Origin: Syntrophales bacterium
GTDB taxonomy: Bacteria > Desulfobacterota > Syntrophia > Syntrophales > UBA2210
Length of the DNA: 64,000 bases
Direction: 5' to 3'
Assembly (NCBI GenBank): GCA_963666365.2
Contig: CAXXNF010000001.1
Location: 1,280,001 to 1,344,000, forward strand
Program-made: the position numbers and the translations under genes
Notes under the pieces: generated by a model
Seen by the model: only the letters and a program-made list of their open reading frames with translations
The model's database searches: none
What the model was told of the DNA's origin: nothing
Part shown: positions 9,202-18,854 of the stretch, piece after piece
Layout: each line of letters begins with the position of its first letter
How positions within the stretch are numbered: position 1 is the stretch's first letter

Positions 9202-10815
9202 TCAATATTTAACGAAGGGGCTTTCGGGAAAGCGCTCCACAAGCTCGATGAGACGCATCTCCTTCGATTCGAGGGCCCTCTGAAGCGCCGCCTCCAGCGA
9301 CTCAGGTGAATCGACCCGGGTCGACGTAACGCCGAAGGACCCCGCAAAGGCGCAAAGATCGGGGTTGTCCAGCTTTGTTTCGTAGCCGCGGTCGTAATTC
9401 AGCCTTTGCAGAAAATCGATCACGCCGAAGGCCCCGTCATTGACCACGATCAGGGGAAACCCGATACCGTGACGCACACATGTGGCAAGTTCCTGTGCTC
9501 CGTAAAAGAATCCGCCGTCGCCGCTGATCGCAACTACGGGACGATCGGGGCAGGCGAGTCTGTGCCCTATGGCTGCGGGAAAGGAAAACCCGATGATGGA
9601 GGAACCCTTGGCGGTCACGAAGCTCCCCGGTTCGTAGGAGGGATAAAAGTACTCCGCCCAGTATCCCAGCATGGTATTGTCGATTACCAGATGCCCGTCT
9701 CGGGGAATTACCCGGCGAATCGCATCAAGATAGGCAAGCTCTTTTCTCTCGGCGCGAATGGCTTCCAGTTCTTCACCGGCTTTCTTTTTCAATGCTTCCA
9801 CCCAGCCCCGCTCCCTTTCGGCCGTCCCGCCGGCGGAGGAAAGCCCTTCGGAAAGCCGGCGGGCAATCTCGCCTATGTCGCCTGTCAGTTGTATCGTGGC
9901 GGGAAAATTCTTGTCTATCCATGTATCATCCCAGTCGACATGGATAAGTTGCGGGAGCGTGACCCCTCGCCTCGTGTAATCGACATTGCGAAGCCTGGTG
10001 CCCAGGGCAAGCGCCACGTCGCAGGAACGCACCATTTCGCGCACCACGCCTCGTCGCGCCGCATTGCCGAAGGCAAGGGGATGATCTTCGGCAATAGATC
10101 CCTTTCCTTCGGCGCCGGTCACCACCGGCGCCTGCAGGGCTTCGGCAATTTTTGTAATGGCGGACCCGATGCCCGCGCGCACTGCACCGGCGCCGGCGAC
10201 AATCAGGGGCCGCTTCGCCTGTCGCAGCAGAGAAAGTGCCTCGTCGCAATCGCCCTTGACGGCGTCTCCTCCCGTATCATTTTCGATATCGCCCTTCGTA
10301 ACGGCATCCAGATCCCACAGGTCGGCAGGCACTTCGAGATAGACAGGGCCCGACCGTTTTGCAAGGGCCGTTGCAACGGCGCGGCGCACCGTCGATTCGG
10401 CATCATCCGCGTCGCGCAGACAGAAGCGCTCCTTGGTGATGTGTGCAAACATTCTGTCCTGCTCGTCCAGTTCATGCAGGGTTCCCGTGCCGGCGCCGAT
10501 CTTTCTGGTTGCAATATTCGATGTCATCGCAAGGACGGGAGAGGAACTCCACCACGCTTCGATGAGAGGCGCAATCATGTACCCGGCCCCCGGTCCCGTG
10601 GAACTTATTATCGCACCGACGCCTTTTCCCGCCCGGGCATAACCGTCTGCCATATGCGTGGCGCTTGATTCGTGCCTGCATAGAATATGGCGAATCGACG
10701 GCGCCTCCCGAAGGGCATCGTAGAGCCCGATATTGTGTATGCTGGGTATGCCGAATATGTGGGTAACGCCAGCCTCCTTTAACGCACGAACAATGACTTC
10801 CGAAACCTTTGCCAT
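9202..10815 (-). CDS. Thiamine diphosphate-dependent enzyme (acetolactate synthase-like family)
   Basis: RHE motif, GDGG...NDG ThDP motif; start at MAKVSEV after a GAGGAG RBS. Confidence 0.88.
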   Translation of the reverse strand: MAKVSEVIVRALKEAGVTHIFGIPSIHNIGLYDALREAPSIRHILCRHESSATHMADGYARAGKGVGAIISSTGPGAGYMIAPLIEAWWSSSPVLAMTSNIATRKIGAGTGTLHELDEQDRMFAHITKERFCLRDADDAESTVRRAVATALAKRSGPVYLEVPADLWDLDAVTKGDIENDTGGDAVKGDCDEALSLLRQAKRPLIVAGAGAVRAGIGSAITKIAEALQAPVVTGAEGKGSIAEDHPLAFGNAARRGVVREMVRSCDVALALGTRLRNVDYTRRGVTLPQLIHVDWDDTWIDKNFPATIQLTGDIGEIARRLSEGLSSAGGTAERERGWVEALKKKAGEELEAIRAERKELAYLDAIRRVIPRDGHLVIDNTMLGYWAEYFYPSYEPGSFVTAKGSSIIGFSFPAAIGHRLACPDRPVVAISGDGGFFYGAQELATCVRHGIGFPLIVVNDGAFGVIDFLQRLNYDRGYETKLDNPDLCAFAGSFGVTSTRVDSPESLEAALQRALESKEMRLIELVERFPESPFVKY

Positions 10816-10858
10816 TTCTATCTCCTCTGGGATGTTTTCCCCCTTACTTTGGTTCTCC

Positions 10859-10930
10859 CGCAGAGACGCCGAGAGGCAGAGAAAAAAATTATATTGCCTC
10901 TTGTCCTCAGCGTCCCTGAGACTCTTTGCG
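10859..10930. repeat. Imperfect intergenic inverted repeat (REP-like)
   Basis: CGCAGAGACGCCGAGAGGCAGAG ... CTCAGCGTCCCTGAGACTCTTTGCG. Confidence 0.4.
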
Positions 10931-11023
10931 AAAATTTGTTCTTTTTCCCCGAACTCTGCCAGGAAACTGTAAGTCATTTTCCATTATAATGCAGACCCGG
11001 TCGGCTTAGTGACGCTTTTTAAA

Positions 11024-11626
11024 TTACCGGTTGACTATCCAGAAACAGAAATCCTCCCATTTCCTTTGTATGATGCCCTTCCGTCGTTTCTCATAGTGCG
11101 CGGCGACCTCGCCCCAGAGTTCCGAAGGCGGGGTGACGACGCGGTCGCAAAGCGCCATTATCCCGGTATCCGCAAGCAATCGCGACAGAATGAGGTCATC
11201 CATGGACGATCCCTCATAGCCTTCGGTCACCGTAAGTCCGTTGGCCAGAAACGTGTCGGCGACGGATTCTTTCATGGTTCGTCCCGGTGACGAGGGATAG
11301 GATATATTTGCAACAATCCGTCTGACGGCAATTCTCGCAAAATGGGAAGGACGAAAGACCCTTTTCGATCCGGCAATCATTGCCAGATACTCTTTTCTCC
11401 CGAAGGCCGGCATACGAACCTGATAGAGGAGAAAGATCTGACAGATAAGCGCCCAGGACAGGCTCTTCACCCCTCCAAAGCCAATGGGAAGATCCTGTTC
11501 CAATGATTTCGCACTGAGGGCCTCAAAAAGGGGAGGCAATGCACTCTCGCCTCGGTGCGTGACCGCCCTTGCAACCAATTCCCAGAATTGAGAATCTTTC
11601 GCATGTGTGAAGGATCTGTTCGACAT
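11024..11626 (-). CDS. Hypothetical protein
   Basis: ORF directly downstream of tatD, same strand; start uncertain. Confidence 0.6.
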   Translation of the reverse strand: MSNRSFTHAKDSQFWELVARAVTHRGESALPPLFEALSAKSLEQDLPIGFGGVKSLSWALICQIFLLYQVRMPAFGRKEYLAMIAGSKRVFRPSHFARIAVRRIVANISYPSSPGRTMKESVADTFLANGLTVTEGYEGSSMDDLILSRLLADTGIMALCDRVVTPPSELWGEVAAHYEKRRKGIIQRKWEDFCFWIVNR

Positions 11627-11648
11627 ATCAACACGCACCGTTTCTGCG

Positions 11649-12431
11649 TTATTCACATTTCTCGCAGTGCCCCTCAAGAGAAAAGAGCGCTCGCGCTTCC
11701 GCCGTGGTCACCGCGGCTACTTCTGCCGGATCAGCGCCCTTGATCCGCGACACCTGGTCAAGGGTCACCAGCACGTCGGAGGGGGTGCTTTCCCGCCCGC
11801 GGAAGCTGACGGGACAATCCGTCTCCAGCAGTATCCGCTCAAGGGGCGCCGTCCTTACGGCCTCGCGATGGGGCTCGCTGTAGAGGAGCGCCGGCGTTGC
11901 GGATATGTAATACCCTGCCGCGAGCACATTCTCAAGGATATCGGCAGGACCCGCGTACCAGTGAAATACGGCCTTCTTGACGCCGTACTTCACCACCGTT
12001 GAAAATACCCTCTTATAGGAGAGCCTGCTGTGGAGGATCAGCGGGGTGTCGGAGTCGGCGGCCAATTGTACGATCCGTTCAAAGACCTCCCGTTGCAGTG
12101 TTTTTTTCACCTTCACCTTGTAATCCAGCCCCACCTCGCCCAGGGCGACGACCTCACCGAGGTGCGCTTCGAGAAAGGCGAGAGTTTCATCGACCCTTTC
12201 CTCGCGGATATCCCAGGGATGAAAGCCGATGGCGGGAAAGACAAACCCCCGGTGATGACGGGCGATATCGAGGATTTTTTTGTTTGACTCAAGATTCATC
12301 CCCACACCGATAATCGCATGGACCCCGCTCGCCTGTGCATCGGCCAACCGATCATCAAGGTGAGCAAGCCCGTCGAGGTGGGCGTGACCGTCCACAGGCC
12401 CCATCAGTGAGAGATTTTTTTCCATTTTCAT
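11649..12431 (-). CDS. TatD family hydrolase
   Basis: DGHAHLD, GFHP, GEVGLDY, LETDCP. Confidence 0.92.
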   Translation of the reverse strand: MKMEKNLSLMGPVDGHAHLDGLAHLDDRLADAQASGVHAIIGVGMNLESNKKILDIARHHRGFVFPAIGFHPWDIREERVDETLAFLEAHLGEVVALGEVGLDYKVKVKKTLQREVFERIVQLAADSDTPLILHSRLSYKRVFSTVVKYGVKKAVFHWYAGPADILENVLAAGYYISATPALLYSEPHREAVRTAPLERILLETDCPVSFRGRESTPSDVLVTLDQVSRIKGADPAEVAAVTTAEARALFSLEGHCEKCE

Positions 12432-12435
12432 ACTC

Positions 12436-13770
12436 CTAGAGCTTTTTCTTTAAGACCTGCGCCGCCGTCTGCATCACATCCCAGGCGCCGCCGAACGGGG
12501 GGGAGTAGGCGAGATCCATATAGCCGATCTGATCGAGATCCATCTCGGCCCAGAGGCAAGCTGAAAGGGTATTGATGCGGCTGACGGCGCCTCCCGTACC
12601 GACGGCCTGGGCGCCGAGGAGCCGTCCCGTCGATTTGTCAGCAATAAGTTTAAGATCCAATGAGGCATCGCTGCTCATTGAGCGAGCAATGTAACTTCCC
12701 TTTACAATCGTGCTTACGGGATGATAGCCGCTTCTGACGGCGTCCCGTTCGTCAAGCCCCGTGGCTGCCACCTGAAGATCGAAAATCTTGAAACACTGGG
12801 CTCCCACCACGCCAGGAAAGATCATGGGTTGCCCGCCGATGTTGCGGCCGGCTACCCGTCCCTGCCTGTTGGCAATGTCGCCCAGGGGAATACTGACCCA
12901 TGATTTGCTGATGCGGTGAAATACCTCGGCGCAATCGCCGACGGCATACACCGCTTCGGTGTTGGTGCGCTGAGAAAAATTCACCTGCAGCGCCCCCGAT
13001 TTTCCCAGGGCAATGCCTGCCTCAGCTGCCAGAACCGTTTCGGGTTTTGTACCCAATGCCAAAATTATGATATCGCCTTCCACGTCGCCGTTGTTGGTGA
13101 TAAGCCTCAGGGCGTCGTTGTTGCTCTTTTCGATTGCAAGGGGACTCTTGCCGGTAAGAAAGGATACTTCATTCCGTTGAATCTCGTCGAGCACGCGTTT
13201 CGAAAAGACCTGGTCCCACTTTTTAACGGGCAGCTCCCCCCGATAGACCACCTTGGTTTCCATACCTCTCAGCCTGAAGGCCTCGCTCATTTCCATCGCG
13301 ATGAAGCCCGCGCCCACGATGACGGCGCTTCGGCAGGAGTTGCGTTCGATGTACCGCTTGATCGCAATGCCGTCAGTAAGATTTTTCAGAATAAAGACGC
13401 CTTCCAGGTCTATCCCCGGAATGTCGGGCTTCGTCGCCGTTGTTCCCGTCGCCACTACCAGCACATCGTAGGGAACCTGTTCACCGCCGTTGAGTAGAAC
13501 CTGCGCCTTGTCAGTCTCAATGGCTTCTACCGTTGTATGGAGCCGTACCGTGATGCCCTGTTTGGCAAATTCCTCCGGTGTTCTCGCCTGAAGCATTCGT
13601 GAATCTTTTATTACATCACCGATGTAATAGGGCATGGGTCAGGCTGCATAGGAGACATATTCCCCCGCCTCCAGTATCGTCACCTCGAGAGATGGATCTC
13701 TTCGTTTCGCCTCGGCCGCCGCAGAGGGCCCGCCAGCCCCTCCTCCGACTATTACCAGGTTTCTTTTCAT
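12436..13770 (-). CDS. CoA-disulfide reductase/NADH oxidase family selenoprotein (Sec at UGA 13641-13639), 444 aa
   Basis: Reading through UGA restores the N-terminal FAD motif MKRNLVIVGGGAGG and the active site SYAA-U-PMPYY (usually SYxxCGLPY); C-terminal LAYSPPF. Confidence 0.92.
13609..13629 (-). promoter_or_regulatory. SECIS element
   Basis: Perfect 9-bp stem TATTACATC-[GGT]-GATGTAATA, loop 18 nt after UGA. Confidence 0.8.
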
Positions 13771-13818
13771 TTCCGTCCTCCTGTAATTTTTCCTCATCGT
13801 TACTATTATCGACGATTC

Positions 13819-15519
13819 TCATGCAGCATGATGGAACTCCGCGAAAGAAACACCGCCTAAAATTGTAATTCTCTTTTCTTTGTCCTGTGTAAGCACTTCA
13901 GGATTGAATTGTATATACCTAATCACCACATCACGCATAAAGAGCGACGTATCGTAGGCATTACCCGCTTCCTTCAGAGACGCATACCCGTCTCCGCCGC
14001 TCGCGAGAAAGCTGTTCGTCACTAGCCTATATGTCCGCTCCGAGTCAAGCGGCGCACCGCCGATCATGATGTCACGGCAGACACCGGCCCCATGGTCAAT
14101 GGTAAAGGACATGCCCGCCACCTGAGGGAATCCCCCCTCTCCGGGACTGATCGTCGCGATATGATCAAAGAGGCTCTTCAGCTCCGTTCCTTTGAGAGCT
14201 ACAAGAACCACCGTCACGTCAAAGGGAAGCACATTGTAGATATCCTGTTTTGTGATGGTCCCCGCGGAAATATCGTAACGGATGCAACCGCCGTTGACGA
14301 GCGCGCACTCCGCCTTGAGCGGTTGTGCATGCCAGAGCAGTGCATCGGCCACAAGATCTCCCAGAGCCGTTTCGGCGCTTCTCACCTCCCGAAATGACAG
14401 TCGCTTCGTACTTATTCCCACCACCTCGGAAAGGGTCGCCGCTGCCTTGTGCGCATAAGGCTCGAGCAGTGCCAGCAGTTTCTTGTCTTCTTCAATCCTC
14501 TTCCCCTTGTAGTGAAGGGCGGTGTGCCCCGTGGCATCCTTTTCAATTCGCTTCAGGTTAACGGGGAGGGAGGCAAACCGGTAATCGATCACCCTGCCTC
14601 CCTGAATCGAAAGATCCAGCCGCCCCAGCACCAACCCCCACATCCATGCCTGGACGATGATGGTATCCCGATCGTCGCCGGGTCGTCGAATCACGATGGG
14701 CGCATCCAGCTTCGTGTGAGAATGTCCGTCCACAATGACATCGATGCCGGCCACCTGAGCGGCCAACCGCCGCGATCCCCTGTCGTTCGACGGATAGATC
14801 CCCAGGTGAGTCAGCGCGATCACGATATCGACCTTGTCGCGAAGCTGAGGTACGATTCGGCGTGCCGTTTCCACCTCGTCATCGAACACAAGACCCTTCG
14901 TGTTGGCGGGATTGGCCGATGTGCGTGTTTCCACCGTTGTCAGACCGATGATGGCAACCTTCACTCCATCAAGCTCTTTTATGAGGTAGGGCCGTGCCAG
15001 CAACGTTCCGTCGGACCTGCGGATATTCGCCGAAAGAAAGGGAAACTGTGCCTGTTGCATCTGCTTTGCGAGTATGTCAAGGGAGTGATCGAATTCGTGA
15101 TTGCCGATGGCCATGGCATCATACCCGATATAATTGAACCCCCTTATGTCCGGTTCGGCATCGAAAAGATTCGATTCGGCCCGTCCCGTATTGATATCAC
15201 CCGCATCAAGAAGAAGAACCCGCTTTGACTCTTTGCGAATCTTAGCGACCAGGGAGGCCCGCGCGGCGAGTCCCCCCACGTCAGGCGCTGGATACTTATA
15301 GAATTTAAGGGGATGGCCGTGGGTATCATTGGTATGCAGGATCACCAGGTCGACGGCGGTGGATCCGCTCCGGTCATCTGAAGATCCCCGCCCGTTCACT
15401 GCACATCCCGCGCCAGCGAGGATTATGAAAAGGAACAGAACGATCGCCCTTCGAAGGAAAGGGTGTCCGCTTTTTATATGAGGTAGCCGTACCATACAAT
15501 GAAATTCTTTCTTGTACAC
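13819..15519 (-). CDS. 5'-nucleotidase / bifunctional metallophosphoesterase lipoprotein
   Basis: HTNDTHG, DAGD, GNHEFD, GHSH, NGGCIR, GGDGY. Confidence 0.92.
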   Translation of the reverse strand: MYKKEFHCMVRLPHIKSGHPFLRRAIVLFLFIILAGAGCAVNGRGSSDDRSGSTAVDLVILHTNDTHGHPLKFYKYPAPDVGGLAARASLVAKIRKESKRVLLLDAGDINTGRAESNLFDAEPDIRGFNYIGYDAMAIGNHEFDHSLDILAKQMQQAQFPFLSANIRRSDGTLLARPYLIKELDGVKVAIIGLTTVETRTSANPANTKGLVFDDEVETARRIVPQLRDKVDIVIALTHLGIYPSNDRGSRRLAAQVAGIDVIVDGHSHTKLDAPIVIRRPGDDRDTIIVQAWMWGLVLGRLDLSIQGGRVIDYRFASLPVNLKRIEKDATGHTALHYKGKRIEEDKKLLALLEPYAHKAAATLSEVVGISTKRLSFREVRSAETALGDLVADALLWHAQPLKAECALVNGGCIRYDISAGTITKQDIYNVLPFDVTVVLVALKGTELKSLFDHIATISPGEGGFPQVAGMSFTIDHGAGVCRDIMIGGAPLDSERTYRLVTNSFLASGGDGYASLKEAGNAYDTSLFMRDVVIRYIQFNPEVLTQDKEKRITILGGVSFAEFHHAA

Positions 15520-15656
15520 TGGGCCTGTTTTTCAACTATGCTCTCGAAGAACATCGTCACAGGGCGTCGCTTTCACTGCCATCTCTGCGATCAGGCATGT
15601 CTGACGAAGGGATGGTATCAATTTGTTGAGAAACTGTAAAGGCGACTCTTTACTGC

Positions 15657-16613
15657 TTACATCGCCCTGTTGGTCACGGCATGTCCTCCTGACCGGTTCC
15701 GGGGGACGCTCCGTAAAAATATTTTCCATCCCGCCAGCATTGAGCCCGGCCGTAAATCGAGTGCCTTCGAAGCTTCAGCAACCGGCGTAAATCCGCATTC
15801 GTCGCAGCATATTTCCCCCCGGCTCTTCACATAACACCCTGTGGTGATGCCTCCGTCCGGATCAACGTTTATCAGTAGGTCGTCATGGCATTTCCATCGG
15901 TTATCGATCATCCCGAGAAGCGCACCCTTTGAATTGGCAATGGGGTACCCCTGCTCCTTCAGGGCGATTACCCGTTCGATGGCCGCTCTTCGCTGATGCG
16001 GCAGCAGCGTCAGCGGCGCTTCTCCCTGCCCGTAAGGATAAAAGAGCTGCACCGTGACGGCTCGGACCGAGGAAAGATTCCGCAAAGACCGGCACAGTGC
16101 TTCCGTTTCGGTCCAGTTTTCCCTGTTGAGGGTGAGATGCACCATGATATTGCGATGATCCGTCCGTTGCAGATTCGACCACACCCTGTCGAAGGAGTCG
16201 CTTCTCAGTCGGTCATGGGTGCCTTTCAGTCCATCAAGGCTCACCCACACTATGTGAGCAGGCACATTGAGCGGATAGGTGCCGTTGGTGGTGGCGGCGA
16301 CGCGAAGAAAACGTTTTTTGGCATAGGCGACAAGATCGCTGAAATCGTAACCGCCGTCTCTCCACAGGAAGGGTTCGCCCCCCTCGAATACCACAATTCT
16401 GGTCCCCTTTCGGGACAGTGCAGAAAGAGCCTCTGTCGCCTCCCCCCAGGTCATCTGTACCGTGCCGCTTTCAAAGGAGCGCTGGTGAAAGGGACATCCC
16501 GCACATCGGAGATTGCACCTGTAGGTCACTTTGAAACTGGCGATAAGAGGTATCGGTCTTCCCAGCACCTTTCTTCTGAAGTAGAAATCGATAAGACTCA
16601 CTACCCAGTTCAC
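15657..16613 (-). CDS. Radical SAM protein
   Basis: CNLRCAGC (CX3CX2C), GGEP, TNG, C-terminal Cys cluster. Confidence 0.88.
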   Translation of the reverse strand: MNWVVSLIDFYFRRKVLGRPIPLIASFKVTYRCNLRCAGCPFHQRSFESGTVQMTWGEATEALSALSRKGTRIVVFEGGEPFLWRDGGYDFSDLVAYAKKRFLRVAATTNGTYPLNVPAHIVWVSLDGLKGTHDRLRSDSFDRVWSNLQRTDHRNIMVHLTLNRENWTETEALCRSLRNLSSVRAVTVQLFYPYGQGEAPLTLLPHQRRAAIERVIALKEQGYPIANSKGALLGMIDNRWKCHDDLLINVDPDGGITTGCYVKSRGEICCDECGFTPVAEASKALDLRPGSMLAGWKIFLRSVPRNRSGGHAVTNRAM

Positions 16614-16713
16614 TTGTCGCTCCCCGGTGCTGCATATGCTGGGAAATCACCGTAACGCGGGAACAGGGCACCTGCAGAAGGGGCACACAAAAAATGCCAA
16701 TAGTCGAACGGTC

Positions 16714-17175
16714 TCATCGTGAAGACATCTTTCCGGTCATGTGATCGATGGTCAGGCAGATCACCTCCATCTTTTCCAACAGTTCATCGGGATACTCATA
16801 TGCGGAGTTGCCCGAATAGTGCGCCATGATCAGATCAAGCCCCCGTCGTTTTTCCTCGGGATCCGTGATAAATCTCGCATGACCGAAGCCGATGACGCTT
16901 TGATACCTCGTCGTCCACTGACATGCGCGGGACGCCTCGACAATTGCGTCGCACAGATCAATTTCGACGCAGACGGGGGTGTGCATACGGAGAATCTCTA
17001 TTTTTTTACCTTCCCGCGCCGAATGAAGATAGAACGATCCCTCTTGATAGCCGAAATTCATGGGCACCACATAGGGGCAGGCGCCGTCGAACAGGCCAAG
17101 CCTCAGAACCTTTGCACGGGCAATGATATCTTCAATGAGGGTATTGTCTTTGATTTCTTTGTCTTTTTTTCGCAT
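16714..17175 (-). CDS. Pyridoxamine 5'-phosphate oxidase-like flavin-binding protein (NimA-like)
   Basis: PYVVPMNFGY, HSAREGKK, YQSVIGFG, MTGK. Confidence 0.85.
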   Translation of the reverse strand: MRKKDKEIKDNTLIEDIIARAKVLRLGLFDGACPYVVPMNFGYQEGSFYLHSAREGKKIEILRMHTPVCVEIDLCDAIVEASRACQWTTRYQSVIGFGHARFITDPEEKRRGLDLIMAHYSGNSAYEYPDELLEKMEVICLTIDHMTGKMSSR

Positions 17176-17236
17176 CGATCATTTTCTCTACAGGAACGTT
17201 CGTGCTGTGACCGATCATCTCAACTTTTGCGAGGGC

Positions 17237-18082
17237 CTATGCACTCCGGCCTTGCACTCTTCGCCAGGTCAGGAATAAAAGGCCGGCGATTATCATGAGA
17301 AGGCAGAGAATCTGTCCCATGGTGAGACAGCCCCAAAAGAGCCCCAGCTGGGGATCGGCCTCTCTGACAAACTCGATACAAAAACGGGCCGTACCGTAAC
17401 CGATACTATACAGCGCCAGCAAGGAACCGTCTCTGGGAATTTTTTTTCGCACCATCCAGAAAATTACAAAGAGTGCCAGTCCTTCAAAAAAGGCCTCGTA
17501 CAGTTGCGACGGATGGCGAAGCCTCCCGGTCCCGTCCAGGGGAAAGTACATGCCCCAGGGAACCGTGGTGACCCTTCCGAAAAGTTCCCCGTTCAAAAAA
17601 TTTCCTATTCTGCCGAAGGCGTACCCCAGAGGCGCCGCCGCAGGAAAAAGATCGGCGAAGGGCAGAAACTCTATGTTACGCTTCCGGCAGAAGATCACCG
17701 AGGCAAGAAGCACCCCGACCAGACCGCCATGATAGGACATGCCGCTTATACCGGTAAACTGCATACCGTCGGAAGAAAAGGTGAAAGGGAGTACAATTTC
17801 CAGGGGATGCTCCAGAAAATAGGCCCCGTTATAAAAGAGTACATAGCCGAGACGGGCGCCCACAATAAGCCCGAGCATAGTCCACATCAAACAGTCCTGA
17901 ATGGTTTCTTTTGAATATTCAAGATGTTCCGTACGGATGCGGTACATGACCAACCAGTAGGTCACGAAAAAGGCGACGAGATACATCAACCCGTAATAGC
18001 GAATCTGAAAGGAACCGATACTGAAAAGTGTCGGATCGATATGCATCGGCAGATGTTGCCAGCACTGTAGAAGATCTTTCAT
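17237..18082 (-). CDS. lgt: Prolipoprotein diacylglyceryl transferase
   Basis: RYYGLMY, GMSYHGG, GRIGNFLNGELFGR, RHPSQLYE. Confidence 0.96.
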   Translation of the reverse strand: MKDLLQCWQHLPMHIDPTLFSIGSFQIRYYGLMYLVAFFVTYWLVMYRIRTEHLEYSKETIQDCLMWTMLGLIVGARLGYVLFYNGAYFLEHPLEIVLPFTFSSDGMQFTGISGMSYHGGLVGVLLASVIFCRKRNIEFLPFADLFPAAAPLGYAFGRIGNFLNGELFGRVTTVPWGMYFPLDGTGRLRHPSQLYEAFFEGLALFVIFWMVRKKIPRDGSLLALYSIGYGTARFCIEFVREADPQLGLFWGCLTMGQILCLLMIIAGLLFLTWRRVQGRSA

Positions 18083-18247
18083 GGGCGCTCTCGCGGGATA
18101 GGGTAGGGGACTCTTTACGGGTATCGCCGCTGCTCCGAGGCCCCCTCAGCCTCCGATATCAGCCCGGGGCCGGCACGCAGCCCATTCCCCTGCAGAGTGT
18201 GAAATGTCTCTGCGCCTCTGTCTGTGTGCCCTGCCGGAATCACAGGA

Positions 18248-18502
18248 TCATTTTGAAGAACATCCGCTGCAGGAGGCGGCCGTACAGCCTGAACAGCTAC
18301 TGCTTGAGCTGGAAGAGGAGGCGGCCATATTCTGGTAATCGGAAAAGGACATCTCCATCTTTGATTTGCAAATCGACATCAGCTTTTCCGCCGCTTTTGC
18401 ATTGCATCGGGGACACTCGATATCGGCATCAAGATCCTTTGTCGAACGGATCATTTCAAATTGATGGTTACAGCTTTTGCAAACATATTCATAAATCGGC
18501 AT
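18248..18502 (-). CDS. FmdB-family zinc ribbon protein with Cys-rich tail
   Basis: MPIYEYVCKSC...CPRC; tail CSGC..SCSGC; GAGGAG RBS. Confidence 0.85.
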   Translation of the reverse strand: MPIYEYVCKSCNHQFEMIRSTKDLDADIECPRCNAKAAEKLMSICKSKMEMSFSDYQNMAASSSSSSSSCSGCTAASCSGCSSK

Positions 18503-18578
18503 TGGTTTCTCCTCATATCTTCCAAATAATAGTACTCGTTCATCCTCTCTTTGCAGAGGCTTTTTTCCTCCCGTGATA

Positions 18579-18609
18579 CAAACCGTCCGGTGGACCACCG
18601 GAACGTCTG
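18579..18609 (-). promoter_or_regulatory. Candidate SECIS element lying 3' of the stop codon
   Basis: CAGACGTTCCGGT-[GGTCC]-ACCGGACGGTTTG; loop 19 nt after the first UGA. Confidence 0.65.
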
Positions 18610-18810
18610 TCAGCCTCAGGTAAAGGGCGACGAGGAAGAGCAGGCTGCTCCTCCGTCCCTCGAAGGTCCCGATCCGAAAAGGGACAGCTTCTTTTGCGCC
18701 TTCTTTTCACCGCAGGAAGGGCAGACGACTTCGCAATCCTCATCTTTCGACGATCGAATCTCCTCAAATTCATGGCCGCAGTGACCGCATCGGTATTCAT
18801 AAATGGGCAT
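18610..18810 (-). CDS. FmdB-family zinc ribbon protein, probable C-terminal selenoprotein (...SPFT-U-G-stop)
   Basis: MPIYEYRCGHC...CPSC; ends ACC TGA GGC TGA followed by a SECIS-like hairpin; the CDS is secure, the Sec call is inferred. Confidence 0.75.
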
Positions 18811-18854
18811 CGCATTCTCCTTTTCTTACGAAAAAACCTCGAATCATTCAGCCC

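Noticed and set aside
9406..10668. 420-aa plus-strand ORF (likewise 57033-57971, 14449-15228, 20654-21418 and others)
   Set aside because: Antisense shadows of well-supported genes, with no motifs
18220..18250. UGA ending the second FmdB gene as possible Sec
   Set aside because: The downstream hairpin is weak, its loop (GGCA) is only about 12 nt away, and the readthrough is not protein-like
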